Below are positions 28,234 through 40,495 of a DNA stretch of 64,000 nt, one piece after another (within the stretch, counting starts at the first letter, position 1; each line of letters starts with the position of its first letter). The notes under the pieces are model-generated. The model saw nothing but the letters and a program-made list of their open reading frames with translations. It did no database searches and was not told where the DNA came from. Position numbers and translations under genes: made by a program. The stretch is from the NCBI RefSeq assembly GCF_026210795.1, contig NC_089434.1, positions 1,178,001 through 1,242,000 of the forward strand, given 5' to 3'. The DNA is from Rhizophagus irregularis. Lineage: Eukaryota.

Positions 28234-29558
28234 GACGAAGTTTTCTAATAAAATTTATTTTTTTTTTAAAAAAAAAAATAAATAGCTAAAAAAAGCCCGG
28301 TGCAACCATATAAGTATAAATGTTCAAGTCACATGCGATTGATGTACTCTGTAGTCTGTACGATATGATTGACGAATTTTATTGGAAATTTATTTTAGCT
28401 TTATATATAAACAATATATATACTGACACCAATTAAAATGTGATATCCTGCGGATCTAAATCCATTATTAACTTTAAGTGTTAATCTTCGATCTGAAAAA
28501 AACAAAGAAGTAAAAAAACTAAGGTGATTTGAATTTTTTGACTTTTTGATAATAGTTCTAATCATGCCACATTTAAATCTAATACGTTAGTAGCAAGTAA
28601 AATAAATTTAAAAAAATTGGTGATGGAAAGATACAGACTACAGAACTGGATTAAATAGTCAAGGATGTACAGTATTTCAATTTCAAATATATATGTGCGT
28701 TCCTTAAGCAGCAAAAAAAGAGGGTAGAAGCAACAGGCGTCCCATTGATAAAAAAAGAAACCCAAGAAATATTATAAGAAGTTATCGAAAAGAAAATCGT
28801 CTTTCCCGATTTCGTAAAATTAAAGCATTTACTTTTTTTTTGTTTATTTTTCTGAAAGATTTCCTGGCGGTAAAATGAAATAAGAACGGAAGAGCTAATG
28901 ACGTGTACTAATCTTTGATGATGCAACTTTGCCGATCATGATTGAATTTTGGTTGATTATCTATTAAGAGGTCATTTAAAAATTGTTTGGTCATTTTCGT
29001 TATTTCCCGTGGTAAATTGCGCGTGACATCATATGTAGGCGTACTAATTCGTAGTGATATTTAAGTATATCATTGATCGATCTGTAACATACTACGTTAT
29101 GATCATAGTGTTATGATTAGATTAAAATAAAGAAAAATAATCTAGTAATAATCATTACATCATATTAATGAATGTCAATATGATTAATCTAAAGCATCTC
29201 GTTCAAATTGACTTTTATTTATCTCAATATAGTCACAAAACAGCTTCGGCAATTTTATTTTAAATTACATATTAAGAAAATTGTAAGAACGGCTAAAATA
29301 TAAATGGTAAAAAATAATAAAATAAAGTATATAAAAAGCAAATAATAAAAAAAATAAAAACTCTATAATAAATAATATTGCAATGTTGATCTGAATTTAG
29401 TTATAATTCTTTCGTATCTAATAAATATTATATAAAAAAAAATTTTTTTAGCGATTAAATTCGTCTTATTATTTTTGAATAGAAATTAGAATTTTGTCAT
29501 TATCTACAACAAGTAAATAAAAAATAATTTTATTTTGTAAAATAATTATTTTACTTAC

Positions 29559-31609
29559 CAATCATATCAAAATGACGCTTCTAGTATGTATTATTTCTTC
29601 GTTAATTTGAAAAAAAAATATTCATAATTAATAAAATTTTTGTAAGATGAACAACGATCATACATACCATGCTTTGAAGCTTTTTAATGTTAAATATTTT
29701 GGAGCTTCCTAAAATTATTAAAAATTTGTTATTCGTTTTTCTATTTCAATTATGAAAAAAAAAAATTTCACGTATTACGAATAAAATTATAATACTTTTA
29801 AAAGTCCGACTACTTGATTTATTAAAAGCTTCGACTAAATAAAAAAAAATTATCAACCAATTAATTTAAAAAAATATATTAAATATATTATTTATTATAA
29901 ATTTAATAATTACTTACTATTATCAGGGATTTCAAGATCATGGGATTTACTGTGAAGTGCTGTTAAAAAATTAAAGATATCGTAAAAAAATTATTTAATA
30001 GTCGATATACAAGCCATGAAATTTCGAGACTATTACAATTAAAATTTTTCAAAATAGAAAATTTTCAATTATACCTTCTAGTTCTTCTATTATTATTTAA
30101 AAAAAAATATTCTATTAATATATTATTAAGACAAAAAAAATTTAAATAATGTAATTAACAATACCTTCTGTTGCATTTCTTGGTTCAGGTAAGTTTTCAA
30201 ATTGATGAAGTTTACTCGTATACAATGCACTATTTGTATCTTTTGATTTTAAGCTAGTATTTGATTTATTTATTTTTAAATTATTATTTGCTGCTAATTT
30301 ACTTGGATTATTTTGGTATGAAATATTAATATTTCTAATTTCATTCCAAAGAGTATAAATATCAAGTCTTTTTGATGGATCAGCGTCCCAACATTGTTCT
30401 ATTAACTTTTTATATTCTAAAGGGGTTCCCGGTACAATTTTTGGTCTAATACCATTAATTATTTTCATTGCAAGATCGTAATCATGTTCGTAATTAATAA
30501 ACGGTGGTTGACCTGATGAAATTTCCCACATAAGCATTGCAAAACTATAAATATCAGATTTAAAAGTATATCCTTTTCCATTAATAATCTCGGGTGCTAT
30601 ATAAGGAAGATTTCCATATATACTTTTTGATGGTCTATTTGCTGGACCACAAAATCCAAGATCACTGATGTAAAACCTTTGATAATAGTGACTATGTAAT
30701 ATATTCTTAGAATGCAAATCTCTATGAATTGCATTTTCTCCATGAATTCTACTAAGTGCAATAATTATTTCATAAGTAATTTGAATCCTTTCTTTCCATG
30801 TAAGTTGATTATGATTTTGTTGTAAATATTTTCTTAAATCCATATCCATTTTTCTTATAACAAGCATATAATTTCCATCTAATATATTTTGTGTTAAACC
30901 GTAACATCGAACTGTAGATGACCATTTGTTACTTATAGTAAAATGTGATTTAGCCTAAAAAATTTCAATATTTTGTATTAACATATTAATTGTTTAATTA
31001 TCACTTCTTTAAAAATATATTTAGATTGCAAACCTCTTCAAACCACCTTTGATTTTCACTTTCAACATTTCCTAATGTTTTAAGTATAACATTTTCTCTT
31101 CCAAATCTTTTTAACTGTTGTTTTTTAGAATCCCACTCATTGTAACCTCCATCAATCCAAACTGCTGTATAAATTTTAGAATATCCACCTTTTGTTAAAA
31201 ATTTAATATTCTCAATTCTATTATATGGAATCCATTCAATTATTATAGTTGGCACAAGTGTTTCCATTTGACATTTTTGGATTAAATTATCAATATCAGC
31301 ATTTCCAGACGTCCAATTCGAAAATTTTACTCTTAGATGAATTCGAATACAATATTCACAATAAAATGTAGCCAAACATTCTTGATTACAACTTTCGCAA
31401 ATTCTTTTTGTTCCTGAATTAAGATCAACCTTTGCTATGTCGTAAGAATTATTTAAAATTTTTATTGCTTCAGTTTTTTCTTTTTTTGTAAGAGAATTAT
31501 CGTCAAGAATTTTTTTTTTCACAAATTCATATTTTTCGTGTATATTATCAACATTCAAATTAGCTGCTCTATTAGCTACAACAAAAGCAGAATTAACAGA
31601 GGCAGACAT
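29559..31609 (-). CDS. TKL-family protein kinase, array copy K4 (acceptor of last tail exon deleted; 3' end uncertain)
   Basis: ORFs 31001-31609 and 30142-30867 have intact kinase motifs. At ~29608 the sequence reads gttaatttgaaaa instead of gttaatttggacatctgaaaa. Confidence 0.87.
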
Positions 31610-31729
31610 GGTGAAATTTTCTTACAAAATTTTTTTTTTTAAAAAAAAAATAATAGCTAAAAAAAGTCATATAACTCCGGTGTAACCATATAAATATAAA
31701 TGTTTGAGTCACATGATGAGACTGTGATA

Positions 31730-31963
31730 GGACCTCGAACAATACTGAAATAGGTTATAGGAAAAAATGCGTAGAAAAGGCCAAAATAACCATGAAAATC
31801 TTTCCTTTTTTAGATAGTAATTTTTGATAATGTTGGTCAGATTTTTATTACTTATTTTAGTAACCGACCAACATTATCATAATTCCGGCCCTGAAAAAAT
31901 GCGTAGAGCTAATAGTAAAATTTTTCCAATTTCCTATGACCTATTTATATATTGCTCGGGTCC
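31730..31963. mobile_element. 234-bp MITE with ~34-bp imperfect TIRs in the K4 promoter
   Basis: Left end ggacctcgaacaatactgaaataggttataggaaa; right-end reverse complement ggacccgagcaatatataaataggtcataggaaa. Flanked by a tgata duplication (could also be parsed as 3-bp gat). Absent from paralogous units. Confidence 0.85.
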
Positions 31964-32326
31964 TGATATGATTGACGAATTTTATTGGAGAAAAATTCTT
32001 GCAATACTTTAAGGAAAATCCACGTTTGAAAAAGAAAAAAAATTAGATGATGAAACTTATATATATATTATTTGTATTATTTGTTCAAATATTTGCACTT
32101 CTTTTTTTTTTAAAAAAAAAAAATTATTAAATTATTAAATTCTTATTCATCTATTTTTTCATATTTTTTTTCATATAATTTTATTATTGTATTCGTTAAT
32201 AATAATATTTGCAAAATAAACTTGTCTGTAACATTCTTCTTAAATTTAATAATAGCAATGACTATGCTTTATTCCGTATTATTGACACTTTCCACTTTAC
32301 CTTCACACAAATTTTTAGTTCGCTTA

Positions 32327-32581
32327 CATCAGGAAATTTTTTATGTGTAGAAAATATGCAAAATTTCGTGCATGAAAAAACTGATTTGCACACCCTGAAA
32401 ATGCACATTATTTGCATATTTAATATATATAATATGTACAGTATATTGAGTAATTTTCTATGTGGTATATTGTAAAAAATTGTACAAAAAATTACATATA
32501 TAATATTGTTAACTATGTTGCATAAATTTTGAGAAATTTAAGTATTTGTGCAATATTGAATACCCTAAAAATTTAGTGATG
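32327..32581. mobile_element. 255-bp non-autonomous DNA element, CATC...GATG termini, 2-bp TSD (TA)
   Basis: Interrupts cttaaaagtaat, which is intact in paralogous units. Ends catcaggaaatt and aatttagtgatg. Inverted sibling at 36100-36316. Confidence 0.85.
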
Positions 32582-33946
32582 TAAAAGTAATATCATTACT
32601 AAAGTCAGAAATTTGTGCAAAAGTAACAATTTCATAAAGTCCAGAACTCGATACGATTTTAATTTGGGATAAACCAATTTTGAATTATAACAAACTTTTT
32701 TCTTAAACCAATCGTTTGTAATTAATAATTTTGTTTAATATATGCCGATTTTTTATTATAAATTTCGTGATATTACGCAGTCGAATCATAATTCAACCTA
32801 AATTTTAAATAAAATCATAATTGACGGTTAAAAATAAATGTTTGAAACAACATATATCAATATTATTTACAAATTTAATGATTTTAATTATGAAATTTAT
32901 TTTAGCTTTATATATAACTATATATATACATCAATTAAAATGTGATAGTATACGGCGGATTTAAATCTTTAAGTATTAATCTTCGACCTGCTGAAAAAAA
33001 CAAAGAAATAAAAAACTAAGGTGATTTGAATTTTTTTGACTTTTGATAATAGTTCTAATCATGCTACATTTAAATCTAAGCAAGTACTAGTAAAATAAAT
33101 TTAAAAAGTTGGTGATGGATGAACTGGATTAAATAGTCAAGGATGTACAGTATTTCAAGTTCAAATATATATGTGCGTACGTTGCGGGATCGCCTTTCAA
33201 GACCTTAAGCAGCAAAAAAAGAGGAAGCAGCAGGCGCCCATTAATAAAAGAAACATTACAAGAAGTTACCGAAAAGAAAAGTCATCTTTCACGATTTCAT
33301 AAAATTAAAGCATTTACTTTTTTTTAGTTTATTTTTCTGAAAGATTTTTCTATCTGTGTACTACTAATCTTTGCAACTTTGCCGATCCTGATTGAACTTT
33401 GGTTTGATTATTTATTAAGAGGCTCATTTAAATTTGTTTGGTCATTTTCGTTATTAAAGTCCTGTGGTAAAATGCGCGTGACATCATATGTAGACGAGGC
33501 AGCCTTACTAATTCGTAGTGATATTTAATTATATCTGTACGTACCACGTTATGATTACTATTAAAATAAAAATAATTTAATAATTACATCGTATTAATGA
33601 ATGTCAATTCTTTGGTATATGACTAAATCTGAAGCATCTCGTGCAAATTGACTTTTATTTATCAGCAATTTTAATGTTTTAAGTAATATAAATAGTAAAA
33701 AATAATAAAATAAAGTATATAAATAACAAAGAATAAAAAAAATAAATTATATAAAACTGCATAATAAATAATACTGCAATGTTGATTTGAATTTATAATC
33801 AATCCTTTTAATTAGTATGTTTCAATGTTATTTTTAATCTATAATTCTTTCGTATCTAATAAATAATTATGTAAAAAAACTTTTAGCGATTATAAATAAA
33901 AAATAATTTTATTTTGTAAAAAAATTTAAATAATTATTTTACTTAC

Positions 33947-36017
33947 AAATCATATCAAAATGACTCTCTGTTGTAGTATTATTTTTTCGTTAATTTGGAC
34001 ATCTGAAAAAAAAATATTCATAATTAATATAATTTTTGTAACTGCCGATGAATAACGATCATACATACCATGCTTTGAAGCTTTTCAATGTTAAATACAT
34101 TGAAGCTATCTAAAATTAATGAAAATTTGTTATTCATTTGTCTATTTCAATTATGAAAAAAAAAAATTTTTCACGCATTACGAATAAAATTATAATACTT
34201 TTAAAAGTCTGGCTACTTGATTTATTAAAATCTTCGACTAAATAAAAAAAATTATCAACCAATTAATTTTTTAAAAAATACATTAGATATATTATTGTTA
34301 TAAATTTAATAATTACTTACTATTATCAGGGATTTCAAAATCATATGGTGTACTGTGAAATGCTGTTAAAAATTAAAGATATCATAAAAAAAATTATTTA
34401 ATACTCGATATACAACCTATGAAATTTCGAGACTATTACAATTAAAATATTTTCAAAATAGAAAATTTTCAATTATACCTTCTAGTTCTTCTATTATTAT
34501 TAAATAAAATATTATATTAATATATTATTAAGACAAAAAGATTTTAATTAATGTATTTAACAATACCTTCTGTTGCATTTCTTGGTTCAGGTAAGGTTTC
34601 AAATTGATGAAGTTTACTCGTATACAATGTACTATTTGTATCTTTTGATTTTAAGCTATTTGATTTATTTATTTTTAAATTATTATTTGCCACTAATTTA
34701 CTTGGATTATTTTGGTATAAAATATTAATTTTTTTTATTTCATTCTTCAGAGTATAAACATCAGGTCTTTTCAATGGATCAGCATCCCAACATTGTTTTA
34801 TTAAATTTTTATATTCTAAAGGAGTTCCCGGTACAATTTTTGGTCTAATACCATTAATTATATTCATTGCAAGATCGTAATCATGTTCGTAATTAATAAA
34901 CGGTGGTTGACCTGATGAAATTTCCCACATAAGCATTGCAACACTATAAATATCAGATTTAAAAGTATATTCTTTTCCATTAATGACCTCAGGTGCTATA
35001 TAAGGAAGATTTCCATATATACTTTTTGATGGTCTATTTGCTGGACCACAAAATCCAAAATCACTAATGTAAAACCTTTGAACATAGTGACTATGTAATA
35101 TATTCTTAGAATGCAAATCTCTATGAATTGCATTCTCTATATGGATATCATTAAGTGCAAAAATTATTTCATAAGTAATTTGAATCCTTTCTTTCCATGT
35201 AAGTTGATTATGATTTTGTTGCAAATATTTTCTTAAATCCATATCCATTTTTCTTATTACAAGCATATAATTTCCATTTGATGTATTTCGTGTTAACCCG
35301 TAACATTGAACTATCGATGGCCTTTTATTGCTTATAGTTAAATGTGATTTAGCCTAAAAATTTTAATATTTTATATTAATATATTAATTGTTTAATTATC
35401 ACTCCTTTAAATATATTTAGATTGCAAACCTCTTCAAACCATCTTTGATTTTCACTTTCAACATTTCCTAATGTTTTAAGTATAACATTTACTCTTCCAA
35501 ATCTTTTAAACTGTTGTTTTTTAGAATCCCACTTATCGCAACTTCCATCAATCCAAACTGCTGTATAAATTTCAGAGTATCCACCTTTTGTTAAAAATTT
35601 AATGTTTTTAATTCTATTATATGGAATCCATTCAATTACTTTAAATGGAATTCGTGTCCCCATTTGACATTTTTGGATTAAATTATTAATATCAGCATTT
35701 CCAGACGTCCAATTTGAAAATTTTACTCTTAGATGATTTCGAATACAACATTCACAATAAAATGTAGCAAAACATTCTTGATTACAACTTTCGCAAATTC
35801 TTTTTGTTCCTGAATTAAAATCAATCTTATCCCTATCATAAGAGCCATTTAAAATTTTTGTTGCTTTAGTTTTTTCTTTTTTTGTAAGAGAATTATCTTC
35901 AAGAATTTTTTGTTTCATAAATTCATGTTGTTTATGTATATTGTCGCAAATATTAACATCAATTAAATCATATGCTCTATTAACTGCAACAAAAGCAGAA
36001 TCAATAGAGGAAGACAT
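33947..36017 (-). CDS. TKL-family protein kinase, array copy K5 (3' end approximate)
   Basis: ORFs 35376-36017 and 34544-35266. HRDLHSKN and APE intact. Only copy with DFG rather than DLG. Confidence 0.9.
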
Positions 36018-36099
36018 GACGAAATTTTCTTATAAAATTTATTTTTTTTTTAAAAAAAATAAATAAATAAATAGCTAAAAAGAGCCGGTGCAACCATAT

Positions 36100-36316
36100 C
36101 ATCACAAAATTCTCAGGGTATTCAATATTGCACAAATAGTTAAATTTCTCAAAATTTATGCAATATAATTAACAATATTATATGTATAATTCTTTGTACA
36201 AATTTATATAAAAATCAACGCATTTTTTTTACAATATATTGTATGAAAAATACATTATATATATTAAATATGCAATTAATGTGCATTTTCAGGGTGTGCA
36301 AATCAATTTCCTGATG
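36100..36316. mobile_element. 217-bp element of the same family as 32327-32581, inverted, 2-bp TSD (AT), in the K5 promoter
   Basis: Interrupts caaccatataaatataaa. Ends catcacaaaatt and aatttcctgatg. Body is the reverse complement of 32327-32581 with an internal deletion. Confidence 0.85.
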
Positions 36317-36971
36317 ATAAATATAAATATTCAAGTCACATGCGACTGCTGTACGATATGAGAAAAATTATTGCAATACTTTTGTTTTAAAAAAAAGGAA
36401 AATCCACGTTTGAAAAAGAAAAAGTTGAAAAAAAATTAGATGATGAAACTTATATATTATTTGTCTCAATTATTTACACTTCAAAGAAATTTTTTTTTAA
36501 AAAAAAAATCATTAAATTATTAAATTTTTTATCATCTAATTTTTCATATTTTTTTCTCTTATAATAATATAATTATTGTATTGATGATAATATTGCAAAA
36601 TAAACTTGTCTGTAACATTCTTCTTTAAATTTAATAACAATTTAGTAACAATGACTATGCTTTATTCCGTATTATTGACACTTTCCATTTTACCTTTACA
36701 CACAAATTTTTCTAAAAGTCAGAATTTTGTGCAAAGGTAACAATTCCATAAAGTCCAGAACTCGATACGATTTTAATTTGGGATAAACCAATTTTGAATT
36801 ATAACTAACTTTTTTTCTTAAACCAATCGTTCGCAATTAATAATTTTGTTAGTTACTATATGCCCGATTTTTTATTATAAATTTCGTGATATTACGCAGT
36901 CGAATCATAAATCAACCTAAATATTCAATAAAATCATAATTGACGGTTAAATAAATGTTTGAAACAACATA

Positions 36972-37147
36972 CAGTCAACTCTCTATAAATGCACCCCCCT
37001 TGGGACTGGATAAAAGCGTGCGATTACAAAGGGTGTGCATTTATAAAGAGTAAATAATTAGAGGTCATATATACTTGGGACTGAATCAAAGTGTGCATTT
37101 AAGAAGGGAATGCACTTATAAGTAGTGCATTTATAGAGAGTTGACTG
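36972..37147. mobile_element. 176-bp Tc1/mariner-pogo-type MITE
   Basis: Perfect 23-bp TIR CAGTCAACTCTCTATAAATGCAC. TA duplication at 36970-36971 and 37148-37149. Empty site gaaacaacatatatcaat is seen in the paralogous unit at ~32844. Confidence 0.93.
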
Positions 37148-38300
37148 TATATCAATATTATTTACAAAATTAATGATTTTAATCATGAAATTTATTTTAG
37201 CTTTATATATAAACAATATATAGTATATATACACCAATTAAAATGTGATACTAGTGTTAACCTTCGACCTGAAAAAAACAAAGAAATAAAAATTTAAGGT
37301 GGAAAGCAAAATAAATTTAAAAAGTTGGTGATGGATGAAAGGTACAAAACTGGATTAAATAATCAAGGACGTACAGTATTTCAATTTCAAATATATATGT
37401 GCGTACGTTGCAGGATCGCCTTTCAAGACCTTAAGCAGCAAAAAAAGAGGGTAGAAGCAGCAGGCGTCCCATTGATAAAAAAGGAACTCAAGAAATATTA
37501 TAAGAAGTTATCGAAAAGAAAAGCCGTCTTTCACGATTTCGTAAAATTAAAGCATTTACTTTTTTTTTTGTTTATTTTTCTGAAATATTTTTGTATACTA
37601 ATCTTAAACTGTCCTTGAGAATATTGATGATGCAACTTTGCCGATCCTGATTATTGAATTTGATTATCTATTAAGAGGCTCATTTAAAAATTGTTTGGTC
37701 ATTTTCGTTATTGAAGTCCCATGGTAAATTGTGTGACATCATATGTAGGCATACTAATATTTAAGTATGATATCATTGATCGATCTGTAACATTTAATAA
37801 CATACTACGTTATGATTAGATTAAAATAAAGAAAAATAATCTAATAATCATTACATCATATTAATGAATGTCAATATGATTAATCTGAAGCATATCGTGC
37901 AATTTGACTTTATTTATCTCAACATAGTCACAGAACAGCTACGACAATTTTATTTTAATTACATATTAAGAAAATTGTAAGAACGGCTGAAATATAAATG
38001 GTAAAAAATAATAAAATAAAGTAATAAAAAAAATAAATTGTAAAAAAACTTTATAATAAATAGTAATATTGAAATGTTGATCTGAATTTATAATTCCTTC
38101 GTATCTAAATAATTATATGTTGAAATATTATTATTAATCTATAATTCTTTCGTATCTAATAAATAATTATGCAAAAAAAAATTTTTTAACGATTAAATTC
38201 GGTTTTCTTATTATTTTTGAATAGAAATTAGAATTTTGTCATTATCTATAAGTAAATAAAAAATAATTTTATTTTATAAAAATTTAATTATTTTACTTAC

Positions 38301-40385
38301 CAATCAGTATTAAAATGACGCTCCTATATATTTTGTTGTTGTATTATTTCTTCGTTATTTTGGATATCTGAAAAAAATTTATAATTAATAAAAATTCTGT
38401 AGTAACTGATGAATAACGATCATACATACCATGCTTTGAAGCTTTTCAATGTCAAATACTTTGGAGATATCTAAAATTATTAAAATTTTGTTATTCATTT
38501 GTCTATCGCTATTTCTATTATAAAAAAAAAAATACTCATGTATTAAGAATAAAATTATTATACTTTTAAAAGTACGACTACTTGATTTATTAAAATCTTC
38601 GACTAAATAAAAAAATTATCAGCAAATTAATTTAAAAAAATATATATTTAAATATATTATTCGTTGTTATAAATTTAATAATTACTTACTATTATCAGGG
38701 ATTTCAAAATCATAGGATTTACTGTGAAATGCTGTTAAAATTAAAGATATCGTAAAAAAATTATTTAATAGGATATACAACCTATGAAATTTCGAGACTA
38801 TTACAATTAAAATTTTCAAAATAGAAAATTTTCAATTATACCTTCTAGTTCTTCTATTATTATTAAAAGAAATATTATATCATATTAATATATTATTAAG
38901 ACAAAAAGATATTAATTAATGTATTTTACAATACCTTCTGTTGCATTTCTTGGTTCAGATAAGTTTTCAAATTGATGAAGTTGACTCGTGTATAATGCAC
39001 TATTTGTATCTTTTGATTTCAAGCTATTTGACTTATTTATTTTTAAATTATTATTTGCTACTAATTTACTTGGATTATTTTGGTATGAAATATTAATTTT
39101 TTTTATTTCATTCTTAAGAGTATAAACATCAGGTCTTTTTAATGGATCAACATCCCAACATTGTTCTATTAAATTTTTATATTCTAAAGGAGTTCCCGGT
39201 ACAATTTTTGGTCTAATACCATTAATTATATTCATTGCAAGATCGTAATCATGTTCGTAATTAATAAATGGTGGTCGCCCGGATGAAATTTCCCACATAA
39301 GCATTGCGACACTATAAATATCGGATTTAAAAGTATATTCTTTTCCATTAATAACCTCAGGTGCTATATATATAAGGAAGATTTCCATATATACTTTTAG
39401 GTGGTTTCTTTGCTGGACCACAAAATCCAAGATCACTAATGTAAAACATTTGATAATAGTAACTATATAATATATTCTTAGAATGCAAATCTCTATGAAT
39501 TGCTTTTTCTCTATGAATGTCATCAAGTGAATAAATTATATCATAAGTAATTTGAATCCTTTCTTCCCATGTAAGTTGATTGTGATTTTGTTGTAAATAT
39601 TTTCTTAAATCCATATCCATTTTTCTTATTACAAGCATATAATTTCCATCTGATGTATTTTGTGTTAAGCCGTAACATTGAACTATAGCTAGGCTTTTAT
39701 TACTTATAGTTAAATGTATTTTAGCCTAAAAAATTTTAATATTTTGTATTAACATATTAATTGTTTAATTATCACTTCTTTTAAATACATTTAGATTGCA
39801 AACCTCATCAAACCATCTTTTATTTTCACTTCCAACATTTCCTAATGTTTTAAGTATAACTTTCTGTCTTTTTCCAAGTTTTTTTAACTGTTGTTTTTTA
39901 GTATGCCACCCAACATATCCTCCATTAATCCAATTTGCTGTATAAATTTCAGAATATCCACCTTTTGTTAAAAATTTAATATTTTGAAGCTTTTCGTACG
40001 GAATCCATTCAATTATCCCATATGGAAAAAGAGTTTTCATTTGGCATGATTTCATTATTAATACGTCAACACTAATATTTCCAGACGTCCAATATGGAAA
40101 ATTTTCTTTTAAATAGTTTTGAACACAATATTCACAATAAAATGTAGCCAAACATTCTTGATTACAACTTTCACAAATTCTTTTTGTTCCTGAATTATAC
40201 CTAACTTTTGCTATATCATAAGAATTATTTAAAATACTTATTGCTTTAGTTTTTTCTTTTTTTGTAAGAGAATTATCGTCAAGAATTTTTTGTTTCACAA
40301 ATTCATATTTTTCGTGTATGTCATCATCATTCAAGCTAGCTGCTCTATTAGCTACAACAAAAGCAGAATTAATAGAGGCAGACAT
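38301..40385 (-). pseudogene. TKL kinase array copy K6, frameshifted just before APE
   Basis: 39361-39380 reads gtgctatatatataaggaag versus gtgctatataaggaag in most siblings (+4 nt). This splits the kinase across ORFs 39357-39638 and 38912-39526. Confidence 0.82.
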
Positions 40386-40495
40386 GATGAAATTTTCTTA
40401 CAAAATTTTCTTTTTTTTTAAAATAAATAAATACTAAAAAAGTCATATAACTCCGATGCAACAATATAAATATAAATGTTCAAGTCACATGCGAC

